A DNA stretch of 63,705 nt, the filler included, from Squatina squatina (lineage: Eukaryota): NCBI GenBank assembly GCA_031763465.1. It is 4 parts of 4 records of this genome, joined end to end, with 100 filler letters (N's around TTAATTAATTAA, not from the genome) between each part and the next. Parts side by side here need not be neighbours in the genome. Positions count along the whole stretch, not along the records: positions 16,308 to 37,924 come from JARFOE010000192.1; positions 38,025 to 51,549 come from JARFOE010000080.1; 2 more parts are not named here. One strand, written 5' to 3'. The position numbers and the translations under genes were made by a program. A model generated the notes under the pieces. That model saw only the letters and a list, made by a program, of their open reading frames with translations. It was not told the DNA's origin and made no database searches. Each line of letters starts with the position of its first letter. The stretch's first letter is position 1. Shown piece by piece: positions 36,701 through 49,917 of the stretch.

Positions 36701-37269
36701 TTACATTACACAGTGAAAAGAAAGATTTCTAAATAATCACATGAGAAGGCTGGTGCAAATGGTGACCAACAGACTGCAGCTTCAGGCCATTGTGGCACAG
36801 TGAAAGAACATTTATAAAGGGGTTATAACTCAGCAAGTTAGCAATAGGTTATTTGAAAATGCAACACTTAGATTAGTTTCTTGAATTAGAATGTTAGACT
36901 CTAAAGCAGTTTCCCCCATGCTACTAAATTGCCAACTATCACCTGTGTTGCGATGGGAGATGCCAAATGGAGGCAGTGAAAAATCTAAGCCAGAGTACTG
37001 ATGAGCAGAAAGAGCAGAACTGGAGAGCTAGACCTGTTTTGGCCAGGTTTCTTAGACTATGGCAGTAACACTCTGAAACAAGGAACTCCAGATTATATGG
37101 CGTCAAAGGTATCTTTAAAAATGCCTTCATTTTGTAGTGACATGGCCTTGGATCAATCAGTTGGACACTTCTTTGCATCAATGGACCAGCATGAATAAGT
37201 TTGTGGATTGCATGGACAATGGCTGTATCCTAAAGCAACTTGCCACAAAGCTTTACAGTTCAGGGTCAA

Positions 37270-37700
37270 GAAGAACTAGGAGATGGCAATTTGAATTAGC
37301 ACAAGTGGCTGAAGGCACTGTTGAAGATGTTGGTTTTGAGGAAGATTTGAGATCGGGTAAAATGTACCGAAGTAAATGGATTTAGAAAGTACCAGAGCAT
37401 GGGAGTCAGTTAGCGGATGGCTCTTCCTCCAACGATAGTGTGTGCTGGGGGTGGCGGGGAAAGAATATGCAGCGTTCAGAAGACTAGCAATGGAAGAGTG
37501 TAGAGTACGGGCAGGGATGTAAAGCTCAAGAAGGTTGCAAGGTAGTAAGGCCGTGGAGAGATTTGAAGATGAAGACAAGGATTTTGTAGTCGACGTACAG
37601 GGGAACAGGTGCCAATAGGGGTCAACAAGAATTAGAGTGTCGGGTGAGCAGGATTTTCTACAGGATAGAGTGCTGGTAGTAAAGTTCTGGATAAATCTGT
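37270..37700 (-). mobile_element. Old L2 LINE 3' fragment
   Basis: ORF 37276-37578 gives LLPCNLLELYIPARTLHSSIASLL, resembling the L2 ORF2 C-terminus (Y.P.R.LRSS...LL). Confidence 0.55.
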
Positions 37701-37924
37701 GCTAATTGAAGTAACGGGGCATCAGTATCAATCAACAGCTTGGTTACTCAGCCAGCAACAACTTCCACTGGCATTAGTTCAGAGGACAATGCTAGGAACG
37801 TGATAACCAACATCAGTTACTAACTGGTACTGACTCGAGTTGGTGCTAGTACAAAGGCCGCCACCTTTGTCTGCAACAATTGATGCTGGAACAGTCTCCT
37901 CACCGTCTGCAAAGTTTTCTTCTC

Positions 37925-38024
37925 NNNNNNNNNNNNNNNNNNNNNNNNNNNNNNNNNNNNNNNNNNNNTTAATTAATTAANNNNNNNNNNNNNNNNNNNN
38001 NNNNNNNNNNNNNNNNNNNNNNNN
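37925..38024. other. Artificial scaffold-concatenation spacer (44N-TTAATTAATTAA-44N)
   Basis: Same structure as 16208-16307. Confidence 0.9.
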
Positions 38025-38661
38025 AATCGCCACTAATGACATCTACTGGCAGAGAATCATATCAAAATAATTGCAAGAGTTTTTGAATTGCAAATCAAAA
38101 ATTCTTCATAACGCAGCCCTTTAGACATCGATTTAATGGCAGAGATGGCAGAGTCAAGGAAAGAGCTGCCATCTTGCATTACTATGTTGGAGGATGGTAA
38201 ATTTGGAATGTAAGAGTGGGAACAATTTGAAGAGTATCCAACTCAGCGCCAGCCATGGAGTGTATTTTAATTTTTACAGCAGTGTTTTTGAACAGCTTTT
38301 ACATCTGAACAATTTTTGGAATATGCTATTAATGTAAAAATTACATCTGACTCCATGACTGCCACTGTGTGCAATGTCCCCAAAGCAGCCCTTTGTTTAT
38401 ATGAATAAGTCGTGGTCATAAAATAACATTGCTCCCTGAAAATGTAATCCACCACCATACATATACACTGAATGCGGTGTATACTAATTTGATGAAAGTT
38501 CATATGTTTTGTAACAAGAAGAAGGCAGAAAAATATTAAAAGGGAACACTGTATGTACAGTTTTAAAAATAAAATTTACAAGTCTTGTATATTAAACATA
38601 AAGTACACTGCAGATTTAAAGGCAGTTTCATAGTATTGATTATGTTTACAGTAGACCATAC

Positions 38662-38832
38662 CTTCACTGGTTCCTTTGCCTTTCCTCTCAGGCAAATCTA
38701 AACCTGTGCCACCAGAGGGAGACAATGTGACGTCCGTTGGCACTGGCCAACTGCTGGCTTTGTTCTCACCGATCTGATACATCTGCCCTTCCATCGGCTG
38801 CAGGTGCCAGTTTAGGCCAAACAGGTGCATGG
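38662..38832 (-). CDS. TENM4: Teneurin-4 exon just after the transmembrane helix
   Basis: 171-bp exon, tcacag|...G|GTATGG; translates (A)[56 protein letters not shown](G), matching recalled TENM4 [44 protein letters not shown]. Confidence 0.93.
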
Positions 38833-39344
38833 CTGTGATAGCAATGAGAAAAGTCATCTTTTTCTGGCTGGATCACTGCAGGAGTTCTGGATAAATTAGG
38901 CCCCGATGTACTGTGAGGTGGCCTGGAGTGGGACTTTTCTGTATTTTAAGTCATGTGCTGTCTGCAAATAATCTATATAATGATCCAGTTACCTCCACAA
39001 AGTTGCAGCGCAAAATTGTAGGAAACTGGAAAGTGAGACTTGTGTCATATATGGTGTAACATTGTATAGGGTTTTAGTACTAAAATTAGCACTCAGAGAG
39101 GCCTACCAAGGCACATTACAAAGGTTATAGATCCTTGTACAATGCTACTACATACGCATATCGCATCCTGTTGATAGCTGTTTCTTTTCTTATTGGTGGC
39201 GATGTTTTACTTTGTCTCTGACATGACATGTCACTGCTCTTGTGCAAATACACCAGCGTTCACAGTTGTAAAGCTTGTGCATTTTTGTCCAATCAATTTC
39301 TCTTTGTGCTAAAGGGCAGCTTTATAGATGTATTATGTGGTACA

Positions 39345-39502
39345 TTAAGGGAGTGTAAATGCTCAACTTTCACAGGAGCCCAAAACGGGTGATAGCGGAC
39401 CGTCACCTTGAATGGGAAGGAAATGCTGGCGGGCTGTAGAAGAGTGGGTTGGCATGCCACCACCCATTTTGCACCTCTGCCGATGTTGAACTTTGCACCC
39501 CA
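39345..39502. mobile_element. Short MITE-like element
   Basis: Imperfect terminal inversion: gggagtgtaaatgctcaac vs reverse complement of gttgaactttgcacccc. Confidence 0.35.
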
Positions 39503-40228
39503 TATGTCTGCTCTGACAGTGAATGAACTTAAGAATAAATGGCATCTGAAATCAACGCTACAATTTATCCCTTAGTGGCCAAATTAATTACTGTTGGTTG
39601 CACCAGGTCAGAGTATAATTGCTGTTTGGTGAGGCAAGTTTGNNNNNNNNNNNNNNNNNNNNNNNNNNNNNNNNNNNNNNNNNNNNNNNNNNNNNNNNNN
39701 NNNNNNNNNNNNNNNNNNNNNNNNNNNNNNNNNNNNNNNNNNNNNNNNNNNNNNNNNNNNNNNNNNNNNNNNNNNNNNNNNNNNNNNNNNNNNNNNNNNN
39801 NNNNNNNNNNNNNNNNNNNNNNNNNNNNNNNNNNNNNNNNNNNNNNNNNNNNNNNNNNNNNNNNNNNNNNNNNNNNNNNNNNNNNNNNNNNNNNNNNNNN
39901 NNNNNNNNNNNNNNNNNNNNNNNNNNNNNNNNNNNNNNNNNNNNNNNNNNNNNNNNNNNNNNNNNNNNNNNNNNNNNNNNNNNNNNNNNNNNNNNNNNNN
40001 NNNNNNNNNNNNNNNNNNNNNNNNNNNNNNNNNNNNNNNNNNNNNNNNNNNNNNNNNNNNNNNNNNNNNNNNNNNNNNNNNNNNNNNNNNNNNNNNNNNN
40101 NNNNNNNNNNNNNNNNNNNNNNNNNNNNNNNNNNNNNNNNNNNNNNNNNNNNNNNNNNNNNNNNNNNNNNNNNNNNNNNNNNNNNNNNNNNNNNNNNNNN
40201 NNNNNNNNNNNNNNNNNNNNNNNNNNNA

Positions 40229-40460
40229 CGATATGGTCATATGTTGTATGATTTTTACGGAAACCACTTTGATATTTAGATATAAGATTGTTTACTTCCA
40301 AAAACCATCCTAACCGTTTTCCTACCCTTCGCTCAAATATTTTCCTAAACAACTAGTCAAAGATATGGGCCGATAGTTGGTAGGATTTTTACGGTATTTC
40401 CCAGGTTTAGGAAGTGGTATTATAACTGCTTCTCGCCATGCTGCTGGAAATATGTGTTTA
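40229..40460 (-). mobile_element. Non-LTR RT fragment, I/Nimb-clade-like, frameshifted
   Basis: IFPAAWREAVIIPLPKPGK..NPTNYRPISLTSCLGK / IFERRVGKRLGWFLEVNNLISKYQSGFRKNHTTYDHI. Confidence 0.75.
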
Positions 40461-41815
40461 ATTTTATGCCCAGAGTAATTTTGATTTATTTTATGGCAGT
40501 TGGAAGTAGTTTCCTGAAGGGTACACATGTGATGTCATGATTGCTGTCATGCAAACAGAATATTGATATTTGTGGTGCAAGAAATTATTTTTTTGGCAAA
40601 GTCATAGCAAGTAATGGACTTGCACCTAGGGAAGAGAGAATGTCACCTGAATAAAACAACATGAAATATGGTGCAGATTCCTATGAGACAAACATGATTC
40701 AATACGTAGCAACTTCCAGAAAACAGTCAGTGTTTGTCCTGTATAGTACACCATGCTTGGTTTCACATTCTCAGTCCAGTGTGACTTGGGTTTTGCACAT
40801 CCCTATGTAAGGCCGTGCAGCTGTATCAGATAGCAATACAGAAAATGCGTACCTGTCATCTCATAGGCTATTAATGTATTCTTCTGGAACGCACTGTCAC
40901 ACAGGATGTTTGACATTACTTCACTAATTGAACTGGAAGCAAAAAGGAATTCATTGCTGCATGACTCCCCAGCACTGTGAGTAAAAAGGCGACAATGTGA
41001 CTCTGTTAATCAAAAGTTAGTAGCTTAAGGGGAAGAGTTATTTTTTTCAGTGCATGGGGGACTAGGCCTCTGTGAATCTTATTTCTAATTTTAAAATAGT
41101 ACGTTAGACACCAATCTGTTCTGACTTAAGGGAATCTTTTGTTCTTTTGATACCCTATCACCTTGCTAATTCATCACACAGCTGGATAGGCAGGACAACT
41201 ACAGCACTCAGCAGAAAAAAAAGTGTTGAAGGCAAAAAGACCAACAAAATGATGATCCACAACGTCAATGAATAAATGCCCTTTGGGACAGATTAATAGA
41301 GTGAGAAAGAGTGCTTAGGATGAGAAGACCATGACTGATTGCTGAGAAAAAAGAAAGTGAGAGGCAGTTAGTGAAGCATAAACCCCAACAAACAAAACTC
41401 AACTGAGAAAGATAATACACATCAGATTTCTTCTATGAGCTTGTTGACTTGGTTTGACCACCACAGTGCAGTAATCCATTTCTAACCAAATCAATTATAA
41501 TATGTGAAATTAAATTTAAGATTAAAAAGACTCAGGCTTTGGTTGCTGGCGGTAAATGTGATTGCCTTATGGATCTTGGCATTAACCTCTGTTAGGGATG
41601 AAGAAAAGATACACTGCAATATTCTATGTGACAGAAGATGGTAATATATCTTGGCACAGGCTAACTTGAAAACGGTGCTTTATGCTTCTACGGGAGGCAA
41701 AGGGTAACATTTAGCTGGAAATACATTTAACCAGGTAAGTTGAAATAGTGTAAGCCACCATCAACCTTTCATTGTCAAAATCTTCTGCCTGATGAGGCAG
41801 CTTAGGGCAAATTGC

Positions 41816-42186
41816 ATCAGTGAGAGAGGCAAGTCACAGGGCAGATATCAATGTGAGGCACCAATAAACGGCATGATATCAGTGAGAGACACCAGTAACA
41901 GGACAGATATGATTGAGTTCCACCAGTAACAGGAGAGATATTATTGGGAGACCAGTAACAGGACAGATATCAGTGAGAGATGCCAGTAACAGGGCAGATA
42001 GTAGTTAGTCACAGATAACATGACAGCTATCAGTGAGAGATGCCATTACCGGGGTAAATATCATTGAGACACCACTTTTAGGGCAGATATCAGTGACACA
42101 CCAGCAACAAGGAAATATATCACTGAGAAACACCAGTTACAGGGCAGATATCAGTGAGATACACTAATAGCAGGAAATATATCAGT
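41816..42186. repeat. Minisatellite, about 12 diverged units of 29-31 bp
   Basis: Consensus is approximately tcagtgagagacaccagtaacagggcagata. The array runs into the N gap at 42187. Confidence 0.9.
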
Positions 42187-44124
42187 NNNNNNNNNNNNNN
42201 NNNNNNNNNNNNNNNNNNNNNNNNNNNNNNNNNNNNNNNNNNNNNNNNNNNNNNNNNNNNNNNNNNNNNNNNNNNNNNNNNNNNNNTAATTAGATTTTGT
42301 CTTATTATCACATCTGGAGACAATTTGACAGGGCATGAATATTATGTGGCTGTATATGATTCAAATGCGTGATATGTACAAAGAGAAAAACTAACACAAG
42401 ACAGTTAAAATAAAAAAATGTCAGCCATGCATCTTACTTCACTGTTATTGTGCAGAGCCAGCACTGTGAGCAAGAATTAGCCATTTGTTCTCTCAGCGGC
42501 AAGCAGGACAAAGCATAGTGGGGGTGACAACAATAGACTCTGACTTAACCATGTGACGATTGAAGTTGTAAAATGGGTGTTTTATATTTCTGCACACAGC
42601 ACTAAGTGCTGTCTCCAATGTTTACTGTTTACCTTTTATTGAGAGAGAAACAAAATAATTTATTTATAATGAAATTTACAGTAAAAAGAAGCAAGTCCAT
42701 GGACAGCAATAGCTTATGTCTGAGTTTCTGACCAGTGTCATTATATTTAGTCTTGAAAAAACACCAACAAATAATCTATTTTGTCCAGATGATTACTTTG
42801 TGCAAATATGCGGTCAAAGCTGGCTAACCTCTACTACATAGTTAGGATAGAGGTTTTAACCACAGTGATGAAAGTGTCTGCAGATTGCTGAAAGAAGAAC
42901 TGCTATATTAATGAATCTGTTCCACTTCCATTTCAAAACAAATGTTTTCATAAAATAGTTGTACAGGCAAAAGAAGTTTATTTGTGTGTCAGGTGCTCGG
43001 TATATATGTTAAAAACATTGAATTCTTATAAGTCAGTATGATGAAATGTAGGTTTTTACTAAAATCACATATACTTTGGACTTGGAATGTCATGGTGCAT
43101 ATTACAAAATATATTTTAACATGCCCAATATTGGGACAAATGCACCATCTGTTCCAGTTACATATGTATACCGATTGTCTTATATTGCATTCTGTAGAAG
43201 GTGATCACTTCCAGAAACAATGGAAAAGTACATCACATTTAACAGTCAAGTTTTATACACACTCACTGGCCAATTCACATACAATAACGACATAACTTAA
43301 TTTTATTTATAACATATAAATATTTGCCCCAAGACTCATAATTGCAAAAGTAGATTTAAGTGATCAGCTTTTCCACTTTTTGGGTCATTTTCCATCCCTC
43401 CCCTCTTACTGTTGCAATTGTGAACACTTACCAGGAAACCATTATGGAGACTGCACCACAACCTTAACACTAATGCCCCTCTGCAAACTGTACAGTGGGA
43501 GACACACCATGCTCTGGCATTGACCATTATTGCTCAGGCCCTTGGTTGAAAAGCCCCCTGCAGCAGCCTAGCAAAGTCTAAAAGCCATCACATTTATTGT
43601 AAGTGGTTTGGTGTCTACTAGAATTACAGCCTGATAAGGCTGAGAATTAGACACTTGACCTCTTTTTCATATACTCACTGGGTTGGAAAAATATTTCAAA
43701 GTTCACAGAATCGGTTATCTATGTCTGATATGACAGTGTGAAGGGACACAAGTAAAATAAGTTTTATCAATCTCGGTCAAGACAATAACAGATAACATCA
43801 GTATTTACTATCAGTTTCAATTATTAACTCTAAAACTTGGGTTTTGAATGCTCAAGTGATCTAAATTAATTTCTGTTCTGTTTCTAATTCCTAGTTTCAG
43901 CTGTGAAAATTGCTTGTTCAGCTTGTAATTAGAATTTCACGCCTCCCTCGGTTGGTTTGAGACCTGCTGTAAAATTATCTGAATTTGACTGGCAGGAAGA
44001 CCCTGCTTCCTACTCCTGCAGTCCGCCTGTCTTACAAGCCACCACAAAGAATGAACTAAAGGACAATGTGATACTGTCTGGAATTTACACTGGATTGATG
44101 CTGAAATTAAATTAAATTCAAATC

Positions 44125-44300
44125 AATATATCACTGTTTCTTCATTGTTGGAGGCCAATACCCAGAATCCCTACCTAATACCATTGTGGGAGCACCATAA
44201 TTGTAAGGACTGCAACAGTTCAAGAAGGCCAATCATCACCTTCTCAGGACAACTAGTGATGGACAATAAGTGCACTTTTGCCAGCATTGACCACATCCTA
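44125..44300 (+). mobile_element. 3' end of a CR1/L2-group LINE
   Basis: Diverged reverse complement of 17660-17850. Confidence 0.6.
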
Positions 44301-45444
44301 ATAACAAATAAGAAAATGCAATTTGAATTGAATTCCATCAGCACTGTGGACAGGACATAAGGGGATTGAAACTGAAAGTGTGGGTTTTAAACAGGAGAAA
44401 TATTAACAGGGTCACGATTAAAGGAAGTTGTTCATTGTTGATGATGCAGGATGCAAGTTATTTATTGTAGAAATGGAATGCATTCATTTGACTCCTGTTT
44501 GCCATTTTTTGCTTCAAATTATTGCTTCATCTGAATTGTCAACATTCACCTGAAAGCACTAACACAACTCTTTGCCTTCATTTTAGTATCACTGTAAAAC
44601 AGCTATTAAGGTCAAAAATGGCTCGAGTGGCCAAAGCTCTTCTGCTCTATTCATACCAGCAGCAAAGAGGTTTTGCTCACATTTAAACAAGCTTGAGATT
44701 TCCCAACAACTGGGGAACTTGCTTCAACAAAAACAAGATAACTCAGTTACTCAGGAATGCTGTTATGGGGTGTGTGGACATGAGAAACCACCCACCTACC
44801 AGTCAAGGGAGGAGTGGAGGTCCTCAGCTATTCAGGTTGGAGAGAGCTTAGTTTGTAGCTGCCTTTTTGTTCTCCTGTTGATNNNNNNNNNNNNNNNNNN
44901 NNNNNNNNNNNNNNNNNNNNNNNNNNNNNNNNNNNNNNNNNNNNNNNNNNNNNNNNNNNNNNNNNNNNNNNNNNNNNNNNNNCAATTGGCAGTCACTCAC
45001 AAAACCATTCTAGCTTGTTACCAATCTTTAAAATGGTGTGCAAAGGAATAAAAGGTCAAATTCCCATTTCTGCTCAATATTTCCCTGCAGAATAATATGA
45101 GATAAGAGCATTGCATAAATATTTCATCAGTGACAACTATAGATTCACTTCAGAGCAAAACTCAACCAGAGGTGGCCTGACTCCTAAGAAGATATATACT
45201 CAATGTCAGACAGTTGATCAAATCCCACTCTGAAGACACCCACACACACCTGAGTCAATGTGCTTCCAGCAGTGTTTCTGGTGTTCCATCGAGAAAGTCG
45301 ACATTGGGTCCAAACTGCAGGACCGCGCAACAAAAGGCAGATATTGGGCCACAGAAAAGCAAAAAAGAATGGGAATAGTTTGCTCTTGAGAAATCATGCC
45401 TGAAAAAACAAGGTTAGGAAGAATAACTATACTTAGCAACTTAC

Positions 45445-45683
45445 CAATGAAGTAGGCAAGTAGAATCACCAGTGTTACAGAAATGATAATGGCACTCAAG
45501 GCAGTGCACTTCCAGTTGCAGTACTTGTAGGGCTTTTTCAGACTGAATGCAGACCTTGAGAAAGTGCTGCGAGGCAAGGGGCGAGGTGGCGGAGAGTACA
45601 CAGTGCTCGAAGTGAGGGGGTAACCAGGACCAGTTGTACAAAAAAGTGGAGAAGATCCAGTTCCAGGTTTAAATAAGAAGTGC
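45445..45683 (-). CDS. TENM4: Teneurin-4 exon with end of intracellular domain and transmembrane helix
   Basis: 239-bp exon, catcag|...G|GTAAGT; translates (R)[79 protein letters not shown]. Confidence 0.95.
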
Positions 45684-45839
45684 CTGATGAATAAAGACAG
45701 ATCACTTATCAGAGTTCTGATTACAGATGCCCTGGACTTGACTGTTCATTGAGTTTCTCTGCTGCCAAATTTCATCACACTAACTTACACTTCTACTTGC
45801 ATTTAAAATGATTAGAAATTGTCCACAAAAATACAACAA

Positions 45840-46303
45840 CTCAAACCAGGCCAATGATCACCCTATTAACCTCCTCCCAATCATCAGCAAAGTGATGGAA
45901 GAAGCAATCAATAGTGCCATCAAGCAACACCTACTCACCAATAACCTACTCAATGATACTTGGATTGGGTTCTGTCGGAACCACTCAGATCCTGACCTTG
46001 TCACAGTCTCGATCCACACATAGTCGCAGGCACTGAATGCCAGAGGAGAGGCAGCTGCTCTCAATATCAGGGTTCTAAGGGACCAATTATGACACTAAGC
46101 AACTCTATCCAAACTGAGGTCCATGGGGGAAACTTTTCAATTCCTGGAGTCATAGCTGACTGCCAATCATCGCAGCCACAGGAATTCACAGCTGGAGTTC
46201 CTCAGGAAGCAAACTTAGCCCATCCATCTTCAGCAGTTTCATTCATGACCTTTCAACAGTCATAAGGTTGGAGTGAGGCTGTTTACTGGTGATTCTATTG
46301 TGT
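45840..46303 (+). mobile_element. CR1/L2-group LINE RT fragment
   Basis: NQANDHPINLLPIISKVMEEAINSAIKQHLLTNNLL..GF, with a later GVPQGS-like segment (gctggagttcctcaggaagc). Confidence 0.75.
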
Positions 46304-48791
46304 NNNNNNNNNNNNNNNNNNNNNNNNNNNNNNNNNNNNNNNNNNNNNNNNNNNNNNNNNNNNNNNNNNNNNNNNNNNNNNNNNNNNNNNNNNNNNNNNN
46401 NNNTTGTTCTTGTATGCAAATAAGAAGCTGACAGATCTCAAAATCATAAGTAGTGGCACAATGAGTGAACAAGGAGTACAATTAAAGGTGTACACATTCT
46501 CCCATGCAAGTCAAGGTGAAGTGAACTGCAAGTGACAAGAAAATGGCAGTGCAGTGCAATAGTGCAAGGAGGCCAGCACAATAAATAATAATAGTTCTTT
46601 TTAAAAAGAATTTGAAATGAATCAGAAATTCAGAATAAGTCATGATCAGCGGGAAGTGGCAGTAAAGGAGACAAAAAAAACACAGGCTTCACTATACTGG
46701 TGAGGAAATAGAGATTAATGCACACTTAGGAGAGAGCCGTAACTTAGTCTAAGGGCCCAGAAAATGTCATAAAACCACAGGGGTGAAGCCTAAGTGCTTT
46801 ACAACTGCCATCCGAACCATAGTTTCATTAGTTTCTGGCGTTATATAAAGCCTTTTTAGACATTTTGTGCAAATGTGGGAGTCAGCATTCAGCGTGCTTG
46901 AAGTGTGATGATGTTTTCAAAAAATTGTTAATGGTTATGATGTCAACAAAAGGTTTAACCCGATTTCACCAACATTTACCTTATTCTATTTCTATTTCTT
47001 CAGAGCTGGGTTAGATTGCAATTTGGATTTTTGAAATTTTCTTATGTTCAGGCAGAATAGATAATGTCAGCAAAATTGGGTTATGAAATCAACTAGAACA
47101 GAAATTCATTACAAGATTACAATCGGACCAAATTGACTTTCAGATCTTTTGACTGCATACTCTCGAGTTTGTAATTCAACACATTTTCCACTGGCGTTAT
47201 CTTCCTTGCCAGGTTCAGAGTTAGAACTAACACCTAGAATTTCAGTTCTTTTCAGCATTTACAGAAAAGCCTGAATAAATCAGTAAAATATACACATTTT
47301 CTGAACACAACTGCTTAGCACTAAAAGCAAAGATAGATTTTAGTTTGCATCAGACAAGTGACAGNNNNNNNNNNNNNNNNNNNNNNNNNNNNNNNNNNNN
47401 NNNNNNNNNNNNNNNNNNNNNNNNNNNNNNNNNNNNNNNNNNNNNNNNNNNNNNNNNNNNNNNNNNNNNNNNNNNNNNNNNNNNNNNNNNNNNNNNNNNN
47501 NNNNNNNNNNNNNNNNNNNNNNNNNNNNNNNNNNNNNNNNNNNNNNNNNNNNNNNNNNNNNNNNNNNNNNNNNNNNNNNNNNNNNNNNNNNNNNNNNNNN
47601 NNNNNNNNNNNNNNNNNNNNNNNNNNNNNNNNNNNNNNNNNNNNNNNNNNNNNNNNNNNNNNNNNNNNNNNNNNNNNNNNNNNNNNNNNNNNNNNNNNNN
47701 NNNNNNNNNNNNNNNNNNNNNNNNNNNNNNNNNNNNNNNNNNNNNNNNNNNNNNNNNNNNNNNNNNNNNNNNNNNNNNNNNNNNNNNNNNNNNNNNNNNN
47801 NNNNNNNNNNNNNNNNNNNNNNNNNNNNNNNNNNNNNNNNNNNNNNNNNNNNNNNNNNNNNNNNNNNNNNNNNNNNNNNNNNNNNNNNNNNNNNNNNNNN
47901 NNNNNNNNNNNNNNNNNNNNNNNNNNNNNNNNNNNNNNNNNNNNNNNNNNNNNNNNNNNNNNNNNNNNNNNNNNNNNNNNNNNNNNNNNNNNNNNNNNNN
48001 NNNNNNNNNNNNNNNNNNNNNNNNNNNNNNNNNNNNNNNNNNNNNNNNNNNNNNNNNNNNNNNNNNNNNNNNNNNNNNNNNNNNNNNNNNNNNNNNNNNN
48101 NNNNNNNNNCATCCGTGGTCACAGTAATCCAGGCAGTTACATGTGACCAGCAGTCAATTAAAGCCTCTCTCAGGTCTGTTTCTCATACTGATGCGCCAAT
48201 TACTTTAAAGTTCTTTAAATTCAGTTTAAATTAATTCAATTTCGGTCAGCTGATCTGCCCTTGGTACACAAGGCCTGCGACCAACAGTCAATTGAAACCA
48301 TTGATTGGCCTGGTTCTTCAGCTGCAGCAGTTACTTGAACACATTTTCAATTTAAGTTAGTTTAATTCAGTAATCTCGAGGACCCATTGGCCCTGTTTCA
48401 GTCAATAATCGATTATGACCAATAAGGCTGCTCGATTGTGCTGATACATGGGACATTTTATGTTTGGACTTAAGCAAATGAGTTTGCACGGAAACTTCAG
48501 CATAACCTCACCTTCGCAAAACCGATGCAGTGTCCAGTGCATTCCTTGCGCATTATCCTGATTGTGCCCCTAGCGGAAACTCCAGGCCGTTATATTAACA
48601 TAAGCTATCGCTTATAAAACATTTCTATTCTGTTTTTTGTTAACAATTTAAACAGATTTTGAGAAACGTGGTACAGGAAGATTCTACAATTTTATATTTA
48701 CTAATTTCATTGTCAGGTTTTCTAGAGTATTGGTGGCAAACAACCACACAGTTTAGACCACATTATTATATTAACAATGCAAGAAGCCTAC

Positions 48792-49047
48792 CTGGTCTCC
48801 AGGGGGATGTTACTGTTGAGTAGCCAGTTGTCCTGCATGTGTGCAGGCTCCTGAATGCTGGGAGGTGGCTCTGGAGGTGGTGGGAGATCGGCTGGACTGG
48901 GACTGGGGTTACTGCGTGTAGTGAAGTTCCCCCTGTTCAGTGAGTTCACTGAGGAGGTGTGAGGCTGATTTAGAGTATGGGTATGCGTCATTGGAGGTGG
49001 AGGTGTTCTGAGCATTGAATGATTCTGAGGAGGATTGGCCAAGTGAT
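48792..49047 (-). CDS. TENM4: Teneurin-4 intracellular-domain exon
   Basis: 256-bp exon, tttcag|...AG|GTAGG; translates (D)[53 protein letters not shown](R). Confidence 0.95.
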
Positions 49048-49917
49048 CTGAAAGAAACAAAATTGGACTTATGATTAGAGATATCCATACTGAAATAAAT
49101 ATCTGGTAGCCACAGGGTTGTTTGCTGACATCTTACTTTTAAAGGTTATTACTGTGAATGCAAGGGTGGAAATGTATAGTCTTTTGACTTTTTTAAACAC
49201 TTGTTTTGCATAGGCTAGANNNNNNNNNNNNNNNNNNNNNNNNNNNNNNNNNNNNNNNNNNNNNNNNNNNNNNNNNNNNNNNNNNNNNNNNNNNNNNNNN
49301 NNNNNNNNNNNNNNNNNNNCTGTTTTTGTCAAGTGCTCCGAGCCTTGTCCTCTTTTACATGCGGAGCACACAGTGAATGTAAATTGTTAGTTTTGATATA
49401 AATCAGAAACAAAAGTTAAAATTGACATTTCTGTTCAGTTTTTTTTAGAAACATCAAATCAGTTGCTCAGCTGTTCACAGCAGACTGAAAGTACTGTGGG
49501 CAGAATGTGAGTAAATGAGCTATTTTTGTAACATTAAGTGTTTGGCAAATCACTGGACCTATCTTCTTGAAACTGAGCAAAAGGTACTTAGGAAACATTA
49601 TAAACAGTAAAATGTGTGACAATTAGAATGAAGCTAGTTTTAGAAAAAACAGACAAAAACTACAATTAAGGGACAAATCTAATCTAAGAAATTCATTCAC
49701 TCCTTAATTTTCAAAGACCGTGGCTAACTGGTTAACAGTAAAATACAATGCGAGTAATTGGTTAGCAGTACACAAAACTGATCTGTGGTTAATAATCTTG
49801 CTGTATTTGGTGTAACTTTTTGGTAATACACACAGTACTGGTTGATAAGAGAACACAGCATCAGAGTAGAAGGTAAATCACTATAATAAGGAAGCAGCAT
49901 AAATTCAACTAACTCAC

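Noticed and set aside
37780-37924. Minus-strand peptide EENFADGEETVPASIV..TNSSQY, vaguely like the CREM segment after the KID domain
   Set aside because: The similarity is too weak for such a conserved family, and there is no donor at the expected position.
41816-42186. CRISPR-like array
   Set aside because: The units are contiguous and degenerate with no unique spacers, there are no cas genes, and the context is vertebrate.
32902-48146. Long ORF-track entries of 200-345 aa
   Set aside because: They are almost entirely X residues from N runs, so they are not evidence of coding sequence.
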